NCBI GenBank assembly: GCA_951406725.2
Contig: OX597829.1
Location: 11,718,001-11,782,000 of the forward strand
Origin: Octopus vulgaris
Lineage: Eukaryota
DNA length: 64,000 nt
Direction of reading: 5' to 3'
The notes under the pieces: generated by a model
Told to the model about the DNA's origin: nothing
Seen by the model: the letters and a program-made list of their open reading frames with translations, nothing else
The model's database searches: none
Translations under genes and position numbers: made by a program
Shown here: one piece after another, positions 43,097 to 56,569 of the stretch
How the letters are laid out: the number at the start of each line of letters is the position of its first letter
How positions within the stretch are numbered: position 1 is the first letter of the stretch

Positions 43097-43562
43097 AATG
43101 CTACTACTCTCTTTAACCCCCAGAGGACACCTCTAGAGGATTAATGACACAACATCTATGTCTGATATTTTGCAAACAAGGGACCGAACAAATCCCATAT
43201 AGTAGCGGACTAGTAGACCAGCTGGTTTATATACTGCAAACTGGGACGATCGGCTGCCATTTCTTGTAGACATGTGTACCAGTACTGATCCCGTTTTCAT
43301 AGGGGCTCCTAACGACAATGTAAATTTCATATAATCAAGGTATCCTTGGCCTGAGGAGTAGCTTGTGGTCTAACCCTTGTTTAAATAATTTACTACTTCC
43401 GAAGTTCTGCTAGCTATGAAACCTATGCATAAACTTTGTATACATATATATAAGATCAGCAAAATTTAGATTCAGATGAATATGGTACTTAAGTTAAAGG
43501 CATCAGAATTTGGTATGGTATTATCCATATAAATCAAATGGGGTGATTATAATCAAAATAAT

Positions 43563-43805
43563 CAACAAGAATATCCAACATAGAGTAGTAAAATTGTTTC
43601 ATGCTACTTCATTTTATTAAACCCTGTAAGTATTACATCAGTTTAAAATGTCAAGCAATCTTCAGCCACATATAGAATTTTTCAATTAAACGGACAATGC
43701 ACATTCATATACTTATGAAATAAGTATATGAATGTGCATTGTCCGCTTAATTGAAAAATTCTATCATGAAACAATTGTACTGCTGTACCTTGGATATCCT
43801 TGTTG
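43563..43805. repeat. Nested inverted repeats
   Basis: 45-bp arms around a gaa loop (43672-43764, one mismatch). 43563-43603 also pairs imperfectly with 43765-43805. Confidence 0.9.
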
Positions 43806-43920
43806 CATATATATATATATATACATATATACATAGGGGAGGAATCACAAAAAAACAAAAGACAGGTGGTGTAGAAAACAAACAGATGTATTAGTATAAC
43901 GCTCGGGAATTGAAAAAGTC

Positions 43921-43979
<59 letters not shown>

Positions 43980-44014
43980 GTATGTATGTAATGCATATAA
44001 ATGGTATATATAAA

Positions 44015-44285
44015 GGAGCACTCCGTCGGTTACGACGACGAGGGTCTCAGCTGATACGATCAACGGAACAGCTTGCTCATGACACGTGTACCCTTAACGT
44101 AGTTCTCGGGGAGATTCAGTGTGACACAGAGTGTGACAAGGCCGGCCCTTTGAAATACAGGTACAACTCATTCTTGCCAGCTGAATGGACTGGAGCAACG
44201 TATCTTGCTCAAGGACACAACGCGTCGCCAGGAATCGAACTCACGATCGTGAGCCGAATGCCCTAACCACTAAGCCATGCGCCTT
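44015..44285 (-). mobile_element. tRNA-derived SINE of another family
   Basis: Minus-strand head ggcgcatggcttagtggttagggc..gagttcgattcctggc with A and B boxes, then ttgtgtccttgagcaag. Confidence 0.8.
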
Positions 44286-44654
44286 CACATATGGTATATA
44301 TATGACTCTTTATATTGTACGCATAAAGACACAGACGCATACTTACACACACTCGCGCGCGCACGCACACATGTACACACACACATATATACATGTCCCG
44401 ACATTTCATTGTCTCTGACAACGGAATCTGTTCTGCCTTTCTTCTTGCATTTCTCTAGCCCTTTGACGTATGGACCATTGAGCTTCAGATAATTGAAAAG
44501 TATCATGTTGTCTTTATGCATCGTATTGAATGTTCTATGTAAAAAAAAAAATCAAAAATAAATCCTGCAACTTTCAATGCATTTTCGTTGTTTCATATGG
44601 CTTTATTTTATCCAACCGCCAAGCTTCATAAAAATCGGCCAAGTAAAAAATTAT

Positions 44655-44720
<66 letters not shown>

Positions 44721-45116
44721 CACACACACATATATATACACATGTCTACATACATAATACTTATAGATACATGGATATATACATACATATATGTGTGTGT
44801 GTGTAAACAACTAATTAAAATGGGTGGCTTATTAGCCACCTCATCAGTGGTCATCAGTGGTCCTTTGCTTTCTTCTTTCTTATTTGTGTGTTTCTCTTTA
44901 CTAACGGTCAGCCATTTTATATTTTGTATTCCTATTGTATGTGTCTTGATTTGCGCATGCGTATATCTCTATGTGCGTCTATGTTTAGTTAGTGTGTGTG
45001 GGGGGGTGCCTGTAATATTTGTATCTCCTGTTTATATACGTTCGTGTAATTTGTTTTTTTGTTTATTTCTATTTTGTTCATGTGTTTTACGCCTACTTAT
45101 TATTATCATTATTTTA

Positions 45117-45217
<101 letters not shown>

Positions 45218-45284
45218 GTTATTGTTATTATTACTATTGTTATAATTCCGAGGTCGACTTTGCTTTTCATCCTTTCGGGATCAA

Positions 45285-45555
45285 CGACATACGTAGGGGA
45301 AACGGCACGGAGCATAGGAGAGCGAGTAAATGCATTTGGAGAGAACTTAAGGAAGAAAAGAGCTCATTGGTTCTGTACCAACACGCCGAGCAGGAACACG
45401 GGGGCTCAATCAACAACATAGAAGTTAAAATCTTGTCCATACATAGAACAGACGCAACAATCAGACAAATTACGGAAGCTACACACATAATAGAAGATAA
45501 ACCTAGCCTGAATAGGAAACTGGAATGGAACACTACCACACACCACAGCATATGA
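45285..45555 (+). mobile_element. Penelope-like GIY-YIG endonuclease C-terminal fragment
   Basis: TYVGETARSIGERV, then after a frameshift LYQHAEQEHGG..DATIRQITEATHI..PSLNRKLEW. It is related to 23985-24328. Confidence 0.85.
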
Positions 45556-45669
45556 CAGAAGAAGATCCCCATAACCTAGTTAACCTAGTAGCAATATAAA
45601 GAAAACTAAAAACATAATAAAATACACAGATAAATAAACAAATGGAAGTAAATAACTATATACATTAAA

Positions 45670-45762
<93 letters not shown>

Positions 45763-45764
45763 TA

Positions 45765-47745
45765 ATTCTTTTTATTGGCCACAAGGGCTGACACACATGG
45801 TTAGTAAACATAAAGGAACAAAACAAGACGAAAGGTTACAAAGGGTTTTGTCCGTTTTTGAAAAAATTCGAGTAAAACTGTTTAACAACGAAAGATTGTA
45901 ACAATGAAAAACTCCCAATAGGGGGAGGCGCTTCGAAAGGTTCCTGGTGGAAAAAAACCCATAAAAGCTAACGGGAGCCTGGTCAAAAGTGGGGTAGAGA
46001 GCCCTTCTCTCCTTTTATAAAACCTTTTTCAATCACAGGCGAAACCTGAGAATTGGTCCATTTATACTGGCCATTCTCGCACAATTCACCCACCTTTCAT
46101 AAAACCTGCTATCGGACAGCACTCTCCTCTCTAACCTCATCTTCCTTTTCAAGTGAAACTTGAAAAAGTTGATGAAGCCTTGACCAAAGAGGAAAGTGTC
46201 TGACTTTAGCCCTTTCAAACGGGTCCACCATACAACCTCTTTCGCCACAGCCACTAGGCACAGGAAAACGGCCTCGCCCTCCTTGTTAAAGGAGGTCGGC
46301 GGGGCAATCTTCACTATGGATTCGGCTGATAGCCGGATCCGTCCTATTCGACATAAACCCATCGTTCAGCAATACTCGGGCACTGGACGAGTGCGTGCAG
46401 AACGGTTTCGTCGTCCTGGCAACACCTCGGGCAGGCCCGGCTGACGGCACTTCCGTGCCGGTAGAGTTTAACCCGAACAGGCAGAGCCCCTCGGTAGCAC
46501 TGCCAGGCGAGCGACCTCTGGAAATTATCCATTGGCCCCGGCCCGAAAGTCCTTCCGAACAGACCGCTCAGTTCGTTATCATCAACGCCTAGAGTCTCCC
46601 CGAGAACGTCGTCGCATTTTTCCTCCACTAACCCTCTATAGAACGCTAGAGTGGAGCTGTAACCGATCGCATTGCCCGCCTGGCGGAGGGCGGAGAGAGC
46701 TTGACGGCACTCGAGGTACCAAGCGCCCTTTCTCGGTCTACGTTTGATCCAGGTCTGCAGCTCTGTCAAAGAGACGAGCTGCGGAAAGACGACCACACCT
46801 GATCACCGTCTAGGAAACGCTTGAGATGTCGCAGCCTGAGCGCATGTCTGCGCATCAGTAACCACAGCATGCCAAGGCCTCCGTTCAGCGGTCGTTGACA
46901 GCAGATGGATCGCCTGACCAGTGGCACCTGACCCTTCCACAAAAAGTCGAAGAGCAGGCGTACCAGCTTGGCCAACCAGCAGTTGGGACAAGGGACGACG
47001 GTCAAGCGGTAATAGATGACGGATGCGATCTACGCATTCACCACCTCCGCTGGACCTTTCAGGGACAGCTTCCTCTCGGCCCATTTCTGGGTGAGACGTG
47101 CCACCCTGCTCGTCACCTCTTCCCAGTTTTTATCCACCTGGAGGTCCGGACCGAACCAGACCCCGAGCAGTTTAACGGGTATGTCTGTCCAGCGCCCTAC
47201 GACGCTGTTGGACGGCATGGGCTTGCCTCTCCAGGGCTTGCAAGCCCACAGACTTTTCTGTGTTAATCTTTGCCCCTGTCACCGCTTCGTACTTGTTTAA
47301 TGTCTCGCCAATCAGGCCAATGTGCCTGTGGATCGACACCATCACGGTGACGTCGTCGGCATAGGCAGACACGCTGTTTCCATCTCCTAGATCTCCTAGA
47401 TCGCGCGGGATACCCCTCAAAGCTTCCAACTTGCGCAGTAATGGCTCGAGAGTCAATATGTACAAGAGGGAGGAGAGAGGGCATCCTTGGTGGACCGAAC
47501 GCGAGATTTCAAACGGTTCCGAAAGGTGACCGTTCACCTGTATCACCAAGCAGATGTTGCTGTATAAAGCAGCGATCCACCCGCGAAAGACTGGACTGAA
47601 GCCGGCTGCCTTGAGAACAGCTGCCAGGTACCGATGGTCGACCCTATCGAAGGCTTTACTCTGATCTAAGTTGATCAAAGCCCCACCCGCGCCAGCGTCG
47701 TTACCCACCCTCTCTATGAAAAGAGAAACAGGTGCGTTGCTGTAG
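45765..47745 (-). mobile_element. 5'-truncated L1/Tx1-clade LINE ORF2 pseudogene
   Basis: LINLDQSKAFDRVDH, SVHQGCPLS, SAYADDVTV and the zf-RVT motif CPRC..ETVLHALVQC. An aataaa precedes the (tta)n tail. Confidence 0.92.
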
Positions 47746-47773
47746 AGTATACATACATACCTACATACATACA

Positions 47774-47806
<33 letters not shown>

Positions 47807-47814
47807 TTAAAATG

Positions 47815-49610
47815 TGCCCTTACTGGAATTTTCCGAGAAAAATTACTTGAGGAGAGAGTATTCTCTACCAAAGTTAGTAAAAAAAAAAAACACCAGATAC
47901 AGTATTAAAAGCTGTTAACGAAATTAGTGATGAGTATTTAGAGCTGTGTAAGGAACCCACATACTGGCAGATTAACGTCTTTCTGTATGCGCTGGCTACA
48001 ACTGTAAAACAGTACATTAATGATATTCAAAAAGTAAACAAAACCGAAATAACAAAGAAAGTATCATTATGGGTTTTGAAGACAGAAAGAAAGATAACTG
48101 GTTTACGGAAAACCATCAATGATGTAATGATGCTTATTGCGTGCAAACAAGCAAATCACTCTACGTCCCATCAACAGAAAGCAAAGAAGGAGATAGAAAT
48201 GATGTTTGGAGACAGCAAAAAGAGGACACTCACTTGCAGATTGATTACCCTCAAGCAGGAGCTAAAAGCTGTCAGTGACATCAGAAGAGAATAACAGAGA
48301 ACAATAAACAAAAATTTTAACCGCAACCAGGCAGCAGTGCTCTTACTGGAATTTTCTGAGAAAAAATATCTTTGGCTTTGAAGTACTCTCTCGAGGAGGG
48401 AGTTTTCTCTACCAAAGTAAGTAGAAAATACACTAGATACGGTATTAAAAGCTGTTAATGAAATTGTTGTACTTATGAAGAAGATTCGGAAAGATTTCAG
48501 CTACCAAGGGACATCAGAAGAAAATAACCGAAAGAAGAACAATAAACAAAACATTTAACCGGAACCAGGCAGAGACATGAGTGGAGGAGCAGTAAACATC
48601 CCGGAAGCTCCTTCACGAGAAGACATAAACTTCTTCTGGAGGAAAGTCTGGAGTGAGGAGGAGTTTAACGAAGATGCTCTGTGGCTGGAAGAAATCCAAA
48701 AAGTTATTACTCCTGCATTACACCATGACATACAACATTGATAGTGAAACACTTGTAACTGATCCAGAAACTCCAGGACAGAAAAGCACCAGGAAGAGAT
48801 TTGATTGTCGGATATTGGTACAAGAAGAAAACCTTCTACTGACCATATCTTATCAATCTGTACCACCGAGCTCTCATTGGGAGCAGTAGCATACCACACA
48901 TGTTAGCTCTGGCAGAGACAAAATTGATCCCCAAATGCAGAACCACCCACATTACAAAAACTACCGGCCAATTACATGCCAGAACTTAATGTATAAGATA
49001 CATACAGCATGTTTAAACCTCTTCCTCCAGGACCATTGTGAATTCAATAGCATCATCAAAGCCGATCAAGCAACTGGGAAGAAGGGAGTTTGGGTATGTG
49101 CCGAGCAATTGTTAATCAACAAAACTGTGATATCAGAGGTGCGAGAGCATAGGAGAAACCTAGTTTCAATGTGGCTACACTACAAGAAAGCTTTTGACTC
49201 TGTCCCCCATTTATAGATGCTAGAAGCCCTTCAACTTGCTAAAGTTCGAGTGAGCGTAGTCAAAGCCATAGCTGACCGGACTTCATCGTGGGCTACCATT
49301 TTGAAATTAAACATAAAGAGTGAATATATTATCTCCGATAGAATACAGTATCGCAAAGGCATATTACAAGGGAACAACATCTCTGTGATGTTGTTTATAC
49401 TTTCTGCAAACCCCTTGTCATTCATGTTAAGGAAGTCTGAAGGATATCTTACTGGTTCAGAAGGAAATAGAAATACCAAAATTACACACTGTTTCTTTGT
49501 GGATGAGTTGAAACTTTATGCAAAGAGTATGCATGAGATGAAAAAGAGCCTTGACCTAGTTACAACATTCTCAAAGGATGTAGGGTTTGAGTTTGCTGAC
49601 AGTATTTCAA
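47815..49610 (+). mobile_element. R4/Dong-like non-LTR retrotransposon fragment (RT), with internal duplication
   Basis: NYRPITCQNLMYKI, EQLLINK, WLHYKKAFDSVPH, GILQG and FFVDELKLY. 47818-47930 is repeated at about 48342-48470. Confidence 0.85.
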
Positions 49611-49989
49611 TAAATACACTTTATTAAAATAAAAAAAGTTTTCCCAAAATAAAACATACAAAGTATATTTATAGCAACTCGCACACACAAACATACGTAG
49701 ACATATATACATACACTTAAGCAACCATAAACATACATTTATGCAACCAAATACTCACACACACACACAAATATTTCACCCAAACATGCCCATAAACACT
49801 ATCAAACATTCATATACACACATGAATACATATAATTGACCCTTACGCTAAAAATACAAGCAAGGCTGACCCAAGCAATTTTCGATGAATGTGTTTATCT
49901 TTTGGTATCTTGTAGAAAGTATGTTTTCTTTTTAAAGAGCATTTTTATGTAAAATTTTTTTAAGTTTCCGGAAGACCACATTCATTATA

Positions 49990-50103
49990 TGTCGCTCTAT
50001 AGGATGTTGCCTCTTTGAGCGTGGGGCTCCCTTGAGCGCAGGGCCCCCTTGTGGTCGGGACTTGATTAGGGGTAATCAATCCAATCGGCTTAAGCCAGCC
50101 CTG
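49990..50103. mobile_element. hAT-like terminal fragment
   Basis: ggggctccc and gggcccc subterminal palindromes, and an end ..ttaagccagccctg resembling CAGGGCCGGCTT-type TIRs. No partner end was found. Confidence 0.4.
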
Positions 50104-50343
50104 TTCATAACAATACTAGACTCTAAACGTGAACCATTAAATTAACTTTTTCAGCTTATTGAACTTTGATATGGGAAAAGCCTACGACCTTCTATGTCAA
50201 TAGACCATTATTGTTCCTGAAAGTTGTTTTTTTATGCCTACTAAGGACTGTTTGAATCTCACTAACTTCCCGCACCTTGATCTTTGGATTTTATAATTAT
50301 ATATCATTAATATATAATATATATGTAATATATACAACATACT

Positions 50344-50430
50344 ATGGCTGTGTGGTAAGAAGCTTGCTTCCCAACCACATGGTTCCGAGTTCAGTTCCAC
50401 TGCGTGGCACCTTGGGCAAGTGTCTTATAG
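50344..50430 (+). mobile_element. SINE head fragment
   Basis: atggctgtgtggtaagaagcttgcttcccaaccacatggttccgagttcagttccactgcgtggcaccttgggcaag. Confidence 0.85.
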
Positions 50431-50439
50431 TGTAGCTGA

Positions 50440-50504
<65 letters not shown>

Positions 50505-51037
50505 TAAGATATTATGATATATTAATATATTAAATAAATATATTAGATACATTATAATATAACCATGCAAAGCACTAACCGTATGATTCATAAGGTTAGC
50601 GCTTAGTGTGACTATTTGGGTCGTTCTTTTTTACTCATTTATGTATATATATATATAGTACAAAGTAAGATAGGGGTTATGGGTGTAACCCACCATGGAA
50701 TAGCATTTATCCAATATACTGTTGGTAAAGTACTCAGATTCTTAATACATAAATGTTCTTAATTGCAATGCAATTAATTAATTTATTGTATTGAATGGGT
50801 GAAGGTAAAGAAATATTTTTACCGTAAATTTATAATACAAATAAAAAAATGGAGAAACAAAATTAGTTTGTTCATCAACTTTTGGATATTATAATGTTGG
50901 ATTATTTACTCATTTAACAAAATGAGAACCTCAATAGCATACATATATATCTTATAATTCAATACATATAAGATATAAGATAAGAATGCAAATTATAAAA
51001 GTCACAATATACATTAATGAAATCGTTAAAATCACTT

Positions 51038-51166
51038 CTTACAGCTGTTTCAGCCTATGGCTAAAAGTAGATAATTTTATTTTTATTGCCTATAGTTGTC
51101 AATAATTGAGGTTGTAGGCATTTAAAAATAGGGTACTTATATAAATAACCATAGGCCTCGTCAGAG
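51038..51166 (-). ncRNA. Type I hammerhead ribozyme with intact catalytic core and large branched loop II
   Basis: The minus strand reads ct CTGACGA ggcctatggtta...tagccataggct GAAAC agct GTA^ag. Stem II is 12 bp, stem III is palindromic (acagctgt), and stem I is only 2 bp in this copy. Confidence 0.75.
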
Positions 51167-51449
51167 GTTATAAGGAACTTTAAAAATATTAATATTAATA
51201 CATTAAACATGATGCACATATTACTTAATATATATATAAAAAATAAACAAATATCCATTTAGACATATACATATACATATATACACACATATACATACAT
51301 AAGCAAAGTGTATATACTATTTCCGTGTGTAAAAAGATAAATAAACACAATTAAACAATAGGTTCAAGTAGATATACCATACGTCCTATACATATATACA
51401 TACATTGGAACATATAAACAGGTCTATGCTTACGGACAGATAAATAAAA

Positions 51450-51531
<82 letters not shown>

Positions 51532-51541
51532 GTTATTGTTA

Positions 51542-51614
<73 letters not shown>

Positions 51615-51714
51615 GTTTATCAATAATAACAATATTATAACACGTCTATGCTTATGACCAGATAAATAACAATCAATTATTAATAAAAAACACTGTTATT
51701 ATTATCAATATAGA

Positions 51715-51795
<81 letters not shown>

Positions 51796-52329
51796 GTTTA
51801 TCAATAATAACAATATAATTATATTTATAGTAATCTTCACTTGACAATAGATATTATAATAGATTCTAACATATCAGAAAATTACGATACAAGATTTAAT
51901 ATATATATATTCATACATATATACATGTATACAAGTATACATGCATATAAACATATAACATACAGTTAGAATATGTTTATCATTGTATACATCCTCATAA
52001 TGCAAACAAATTCAATTGTAATATCCAAAAGAAAAATTTTTATCTTTTCGTCAAAACTGAAGTTAAGCCACATTATTTATGCTCTATGTTATATTTATAT
52101 AAAAAATTTTCAAAATTACTGGAGGTTAAGGAGCGGTTATTTTAAATCACAAGCTATTTCCAATTGGCTAATTCATTTGAACTTATCCGCTTGATCCGTT
52201 GTAAATAATAGAGGGTCTAATTATTAAGTATTAGCCTTTCGTGTTAACAATTTATATCTTAAATTAACTTATAGATGTTAAGCTTAAATAGAAAGTTCCT
52301 ACAGAAATCTATACAAAAATCAATCATTT

Positions 52330-53115
52330 ATAACTCCGACCATATTTTATACTATCGAAATGCATGTATATACACACACACATACCTACGCATACGTAAA
52401 CAAATGTACATACGTTTACACACCATAAACATACATCCGTTGAAAAGCATAGATATATACGTATATATCCACTCACATATACACAAACATACATGCACTC
52501 ACATGTATCCACATACTCTCACAAAACGTCACATTACACACATACACATTCCTACCTATAATCCACATACACGCACACATATACACATCCAAACATACAT
52601 ACACACATACCCATACACACATGTACATACACATACATTCCTACATCAACATATACAAATACGTACAAAATTAACTCTATAAATAAGTTTAGGTCTACAA
52701 TTAAACAAATAAGCTAGATATGAGTTAAATGATTTTATACCTAACATTTTTATTGAATAAGAACACGAAACGAAAATTTATCCATATCCACAAGCATACT
52801 CGTAAAGACACATTCAAACCTCTATATGTATTACTATTCGACAAACACAAATATCTATACATAACTACACATAAAATCAAATTTACACATACACATATGC
52901 ACATGCATATAGACATATACCTATACATAAACATGCATAATCAAATACCTACATATAGTATAATATATTCTCCCACATATTATTATAATTATATACATAT
53001 ATGCATATACATTCTCTAGGAGTCCATATATATATGCATTTACATACAAATATACATATTCAGATACATATTTACATATTACCCCACTCATACAGATACA
53101 CAGCTACACACACCT

Positions 53116-53173
<58 letters not shown>

Positions 53174-53378
53174 TCACATACACAAACATATACATGTACC
53201 CATATGTATATCTACATACATACAAATACACACATATGCAAGAGTAAATATATTCACTTACATATAAAAATATATACAACTGTACATATTTGCATGTATA
53301 GATAACCACACATGTATTTATATATCCCAATTTGAATATATAAAAGCCCATATCTACATGAGTACAAGCTAGACTAGA

Positions 53379-53425
<47 letters not shown>

Positions 53426-54360
53426 ATATATACATGTACATACACTACACACACATACACACATATACAAATAAATACGTATATATACATACATATACAT
53501 ACATACACACACATATACATACCATCACATACACATATATACACGATGATCCATCTGTAGTATCTAATATACAGAATTAATAACAAAGAACAATAATTGA
53601 AAAACTGCATATCCATGAACATATATATACATAAATATACATACATAAATCCACACATACATATACTAAACCAAATAATAGTGTATTCATGTGGTTATGC
53701 ACATTCAAACCTAGTTTATACAAAGCTTTATACTAAACAACAGATGTAAATGTATACCAATATACATATACATATGCATATACATACAAACATATACAGG
53801 TATATATGGAATATACATATATGTACACATGTATATATAACCCCACAGGTAATTATATATCCCAATCTAAATATATAAAAACACAAAATCAATATAAGTA
53901 TAAGCTAGACTACATGCATATATATATATATATATATACATACATGTACACACACATACATACGCACACATCCATAAGATCTAATATACATAATTAATAT
54001 CATAAAAAATAATAATAGAAAACTAACACATACATATACATAAATACATATATATATCCATCTATACATATACGAATCCAAAAGTGTACTCAAGTGGGTG
54101 TGTACATACACACATACTTTATACAGAACTTTATACTAGTCTAAATATATATCAATATATATAAACAAGTGTAAATATATATCAATATACATAAACAAAT
54201 GGATATATCTACAAACAAATACAAATACATAAAGAATATACATATATGTACACACATATCGACACCTATATATATATATATAAACATATTCACATACATA
54301 TACATATATTACACACTTATACATACATACATATACAAAGATCGATATATCCATAACCCA
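52330..54360. repeat. Cryptic (TA/CA) simple-sequence tract
   Basis: Degenerate tacata/cacata repeats with internal duplications such as aagctagactac/gatgcatata. Confidence 0.85.
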
Positions 54361-54472
54361 TTACAATTTCTTTACTCCTAAATATATTAAAGTAAAAGTG
54401 CTCATTATAACTAGTTGCATTTATTTTAAGAAGTGTGTGTGTGTGTGTGTCTGTGTGTCTATGTGCGCCTGT

Positions 54473-54516
<44 letters not shown>

Positions 54517-54541
54517 GTGTGTGTGTGTCCGTGTGTGTGTG

Positions 54542-54620
<79 letters not shown>

Positions 54621-54623
<3 letters not shown>

Positions 54624-54789
54624 GTGATTTTAATGATTTCAATGATTTATATTATGACTTTTATAATTTGTATTTTTATCTTATATGTATGCTTTTAAGG
54701 TTCTCATTTTGTTAAATGAATAAATAATCCAACATTATAACATCCGAAAGTTGATGAACAAACTTAATTTGTTTCTCTATTTTCTTATT

Positions 54790-54794
<5 letters not shown>
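54621..54794 (+). repeat. Inverted partial copy of 50835-51038
   Basis: gaagtgattttaa..gacttttataatttg..ggttctcattttgttaaatga..tccaacattataa..aaagttgatgaacaaact matches the reverse complement. Confidence 0.9.
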
Positions 54795-54857
<63 letters not shown>

Positions 54858-54858
<1 letters not shown>

Positions 54859-54919
54859 TTTATTTAAAGCAGCAGAAAATTCAACAAATTTGTTGAATTT
54901 TCTGCTGCTTTAAATAAAG
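54858..54919. repeat. Perfect 62-bp palindrome
   Basis: ctttatttaaagcagcagaaaattcaacaaa|tttgttgaattttctgctgctttaaataaag. Confidence 0.97.
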
Positions 54920-55013
54920 CATATTACTCTACCACTGGCATTTGAGTACTCTTTTTTTCCACCTTGTTTCACGTTTATGTGTTTACTCCGGTATATATAT
55001 ATATAAATATATA

Positions 55014-55181
<168 letters not shown>

Positions 55182-55184
55182 AAT

Positions 55185-55465
55185 CTTTCGGTATTAGTAG
55201 ACGAAGTCATTCACCATCTTTTTCAGCCCTGCCCCTTAACAAAACCCCCAAGTCTCGGGACCTGGCAGTGAACTATCTCTTCCAGCGTATTGCATTTGAG
55301 ACATTTGGAGGGGCTGGGCCGCTATCGGTGAAGTACTTTTCATCGTTAGCGGCTCGCCTTACCGAGATGTCAGGTGATACCCATGAGGGTACTTGGCTTT
55401 TCCAACGCCTTAGCCTCGCCATCGCCCGTGGTAGTGCCGCGAACGCGTTGGCTTGCTTCGGTAGG
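55185..55465 (+). mobile_element. CRE-clade-like non-LTR element, C-terminal endonuclease fragment
   Basis: LFQRIAFETFGGAGP..LAARL..SGD..WLFQRLSLAIARGSA resembles the FxPxAxETxG..LFQRISxAIQRGNA end of CRE-type ORFs. Confidence 0.7.
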
Positions 55466-55812
55466 TTGATGTGCTTTTTCTTTCTCCCCCTTTTTTTTTG
55501 TTTTCTTTTGTAAATTATATTCCTTTTCACCGAATTATTGCAAATTGAAACAATTATTTTACACCTTCCGCCACTGTAGTAAGCCTGTCAGATGTTGAAG
55601 ATAGAAAAAAACAGTAAAGTGTCCTTCTGTCCTTTCTCTTATACTACAAAAAGTAAAGAAACCATATTTACCACTTATTTATTAATCCCCCACCCCCAAA
55701 TTACATTCTTTTCATACTTTTGCCATTTGCACCTTTATCTGTTAAATAAAACCATGATCTATATCTTGAGGAAACGTTGTGTGAGTGAATTACGTCGTGT
55801 ACCAAAATATTG

Positions 55813-55865
<53 letters not shown>

Positions 55866-56490
55866 TGTGTCTGTGTGTCTGTGTCTGTGTGTCTGTGTGT
55901 CTGTGTCTGTGTCTGTGTGTATAAGAATTGTTGAAGCAGCTTTTCGTTTCAGTTGCTTCAAGCAAAAATTCCAAAAATTTTTTTTACACATTTAAATATT
56001 TTTCATTAAAAGGAGCAACGGAGAAATTCATTTTGAGTGAGACGGAAAGAAAGAGCGAGAGTGAGAGGTGATTTTCCTAAATATATAAGGTAAAGTTCGT
56101 TCGGTATCCATGGAACTTTATACTTTAAGTAACGTAGATTAGGATTATTCAAAATAAAATGAAAACGAAATATGCTTCGTTTGGTATTCCGCCAGACACA
56201 CACCTTTATAGTCATCAGTGCTTTCTTTAAAAATAGTTGGGGTTTATTTTTAACATCTAAATTTACGCTTTGTAAAAAATAATTTTCTGCATTTGATAAA
56301 TAATGTATTGTTGAAAAAATTACGGAACTGAAAACTAACGAAAAGGATGGCGAAAAGAAAGTGGTTTGCGTTTTCATTATCGTGAATAGCTGGAATATTA
56401 ACTTCTGAAGAAAATCCATTTTTCTCGCGCAGCAAAATATCTGTGTTGTTTAGAAACACCCATGCGCGCGAGCATGCACACACGCACACA

Positions 56491-56569
<79 letters not shown>

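Noticed and set aside
43110-43370. Coding-like sequence (DDRLPFLVDMCTSTDPVFIGAP) interrupted by the inverted SINE pair
   Set aside because: It contains stops and no recognisable family motif, so it is left unassigned.
43840-43922. Hammerhead in the repeat shared with 21662-21760
   Set aside because: Both copies end in microsatellite with no core motif visible in this window.
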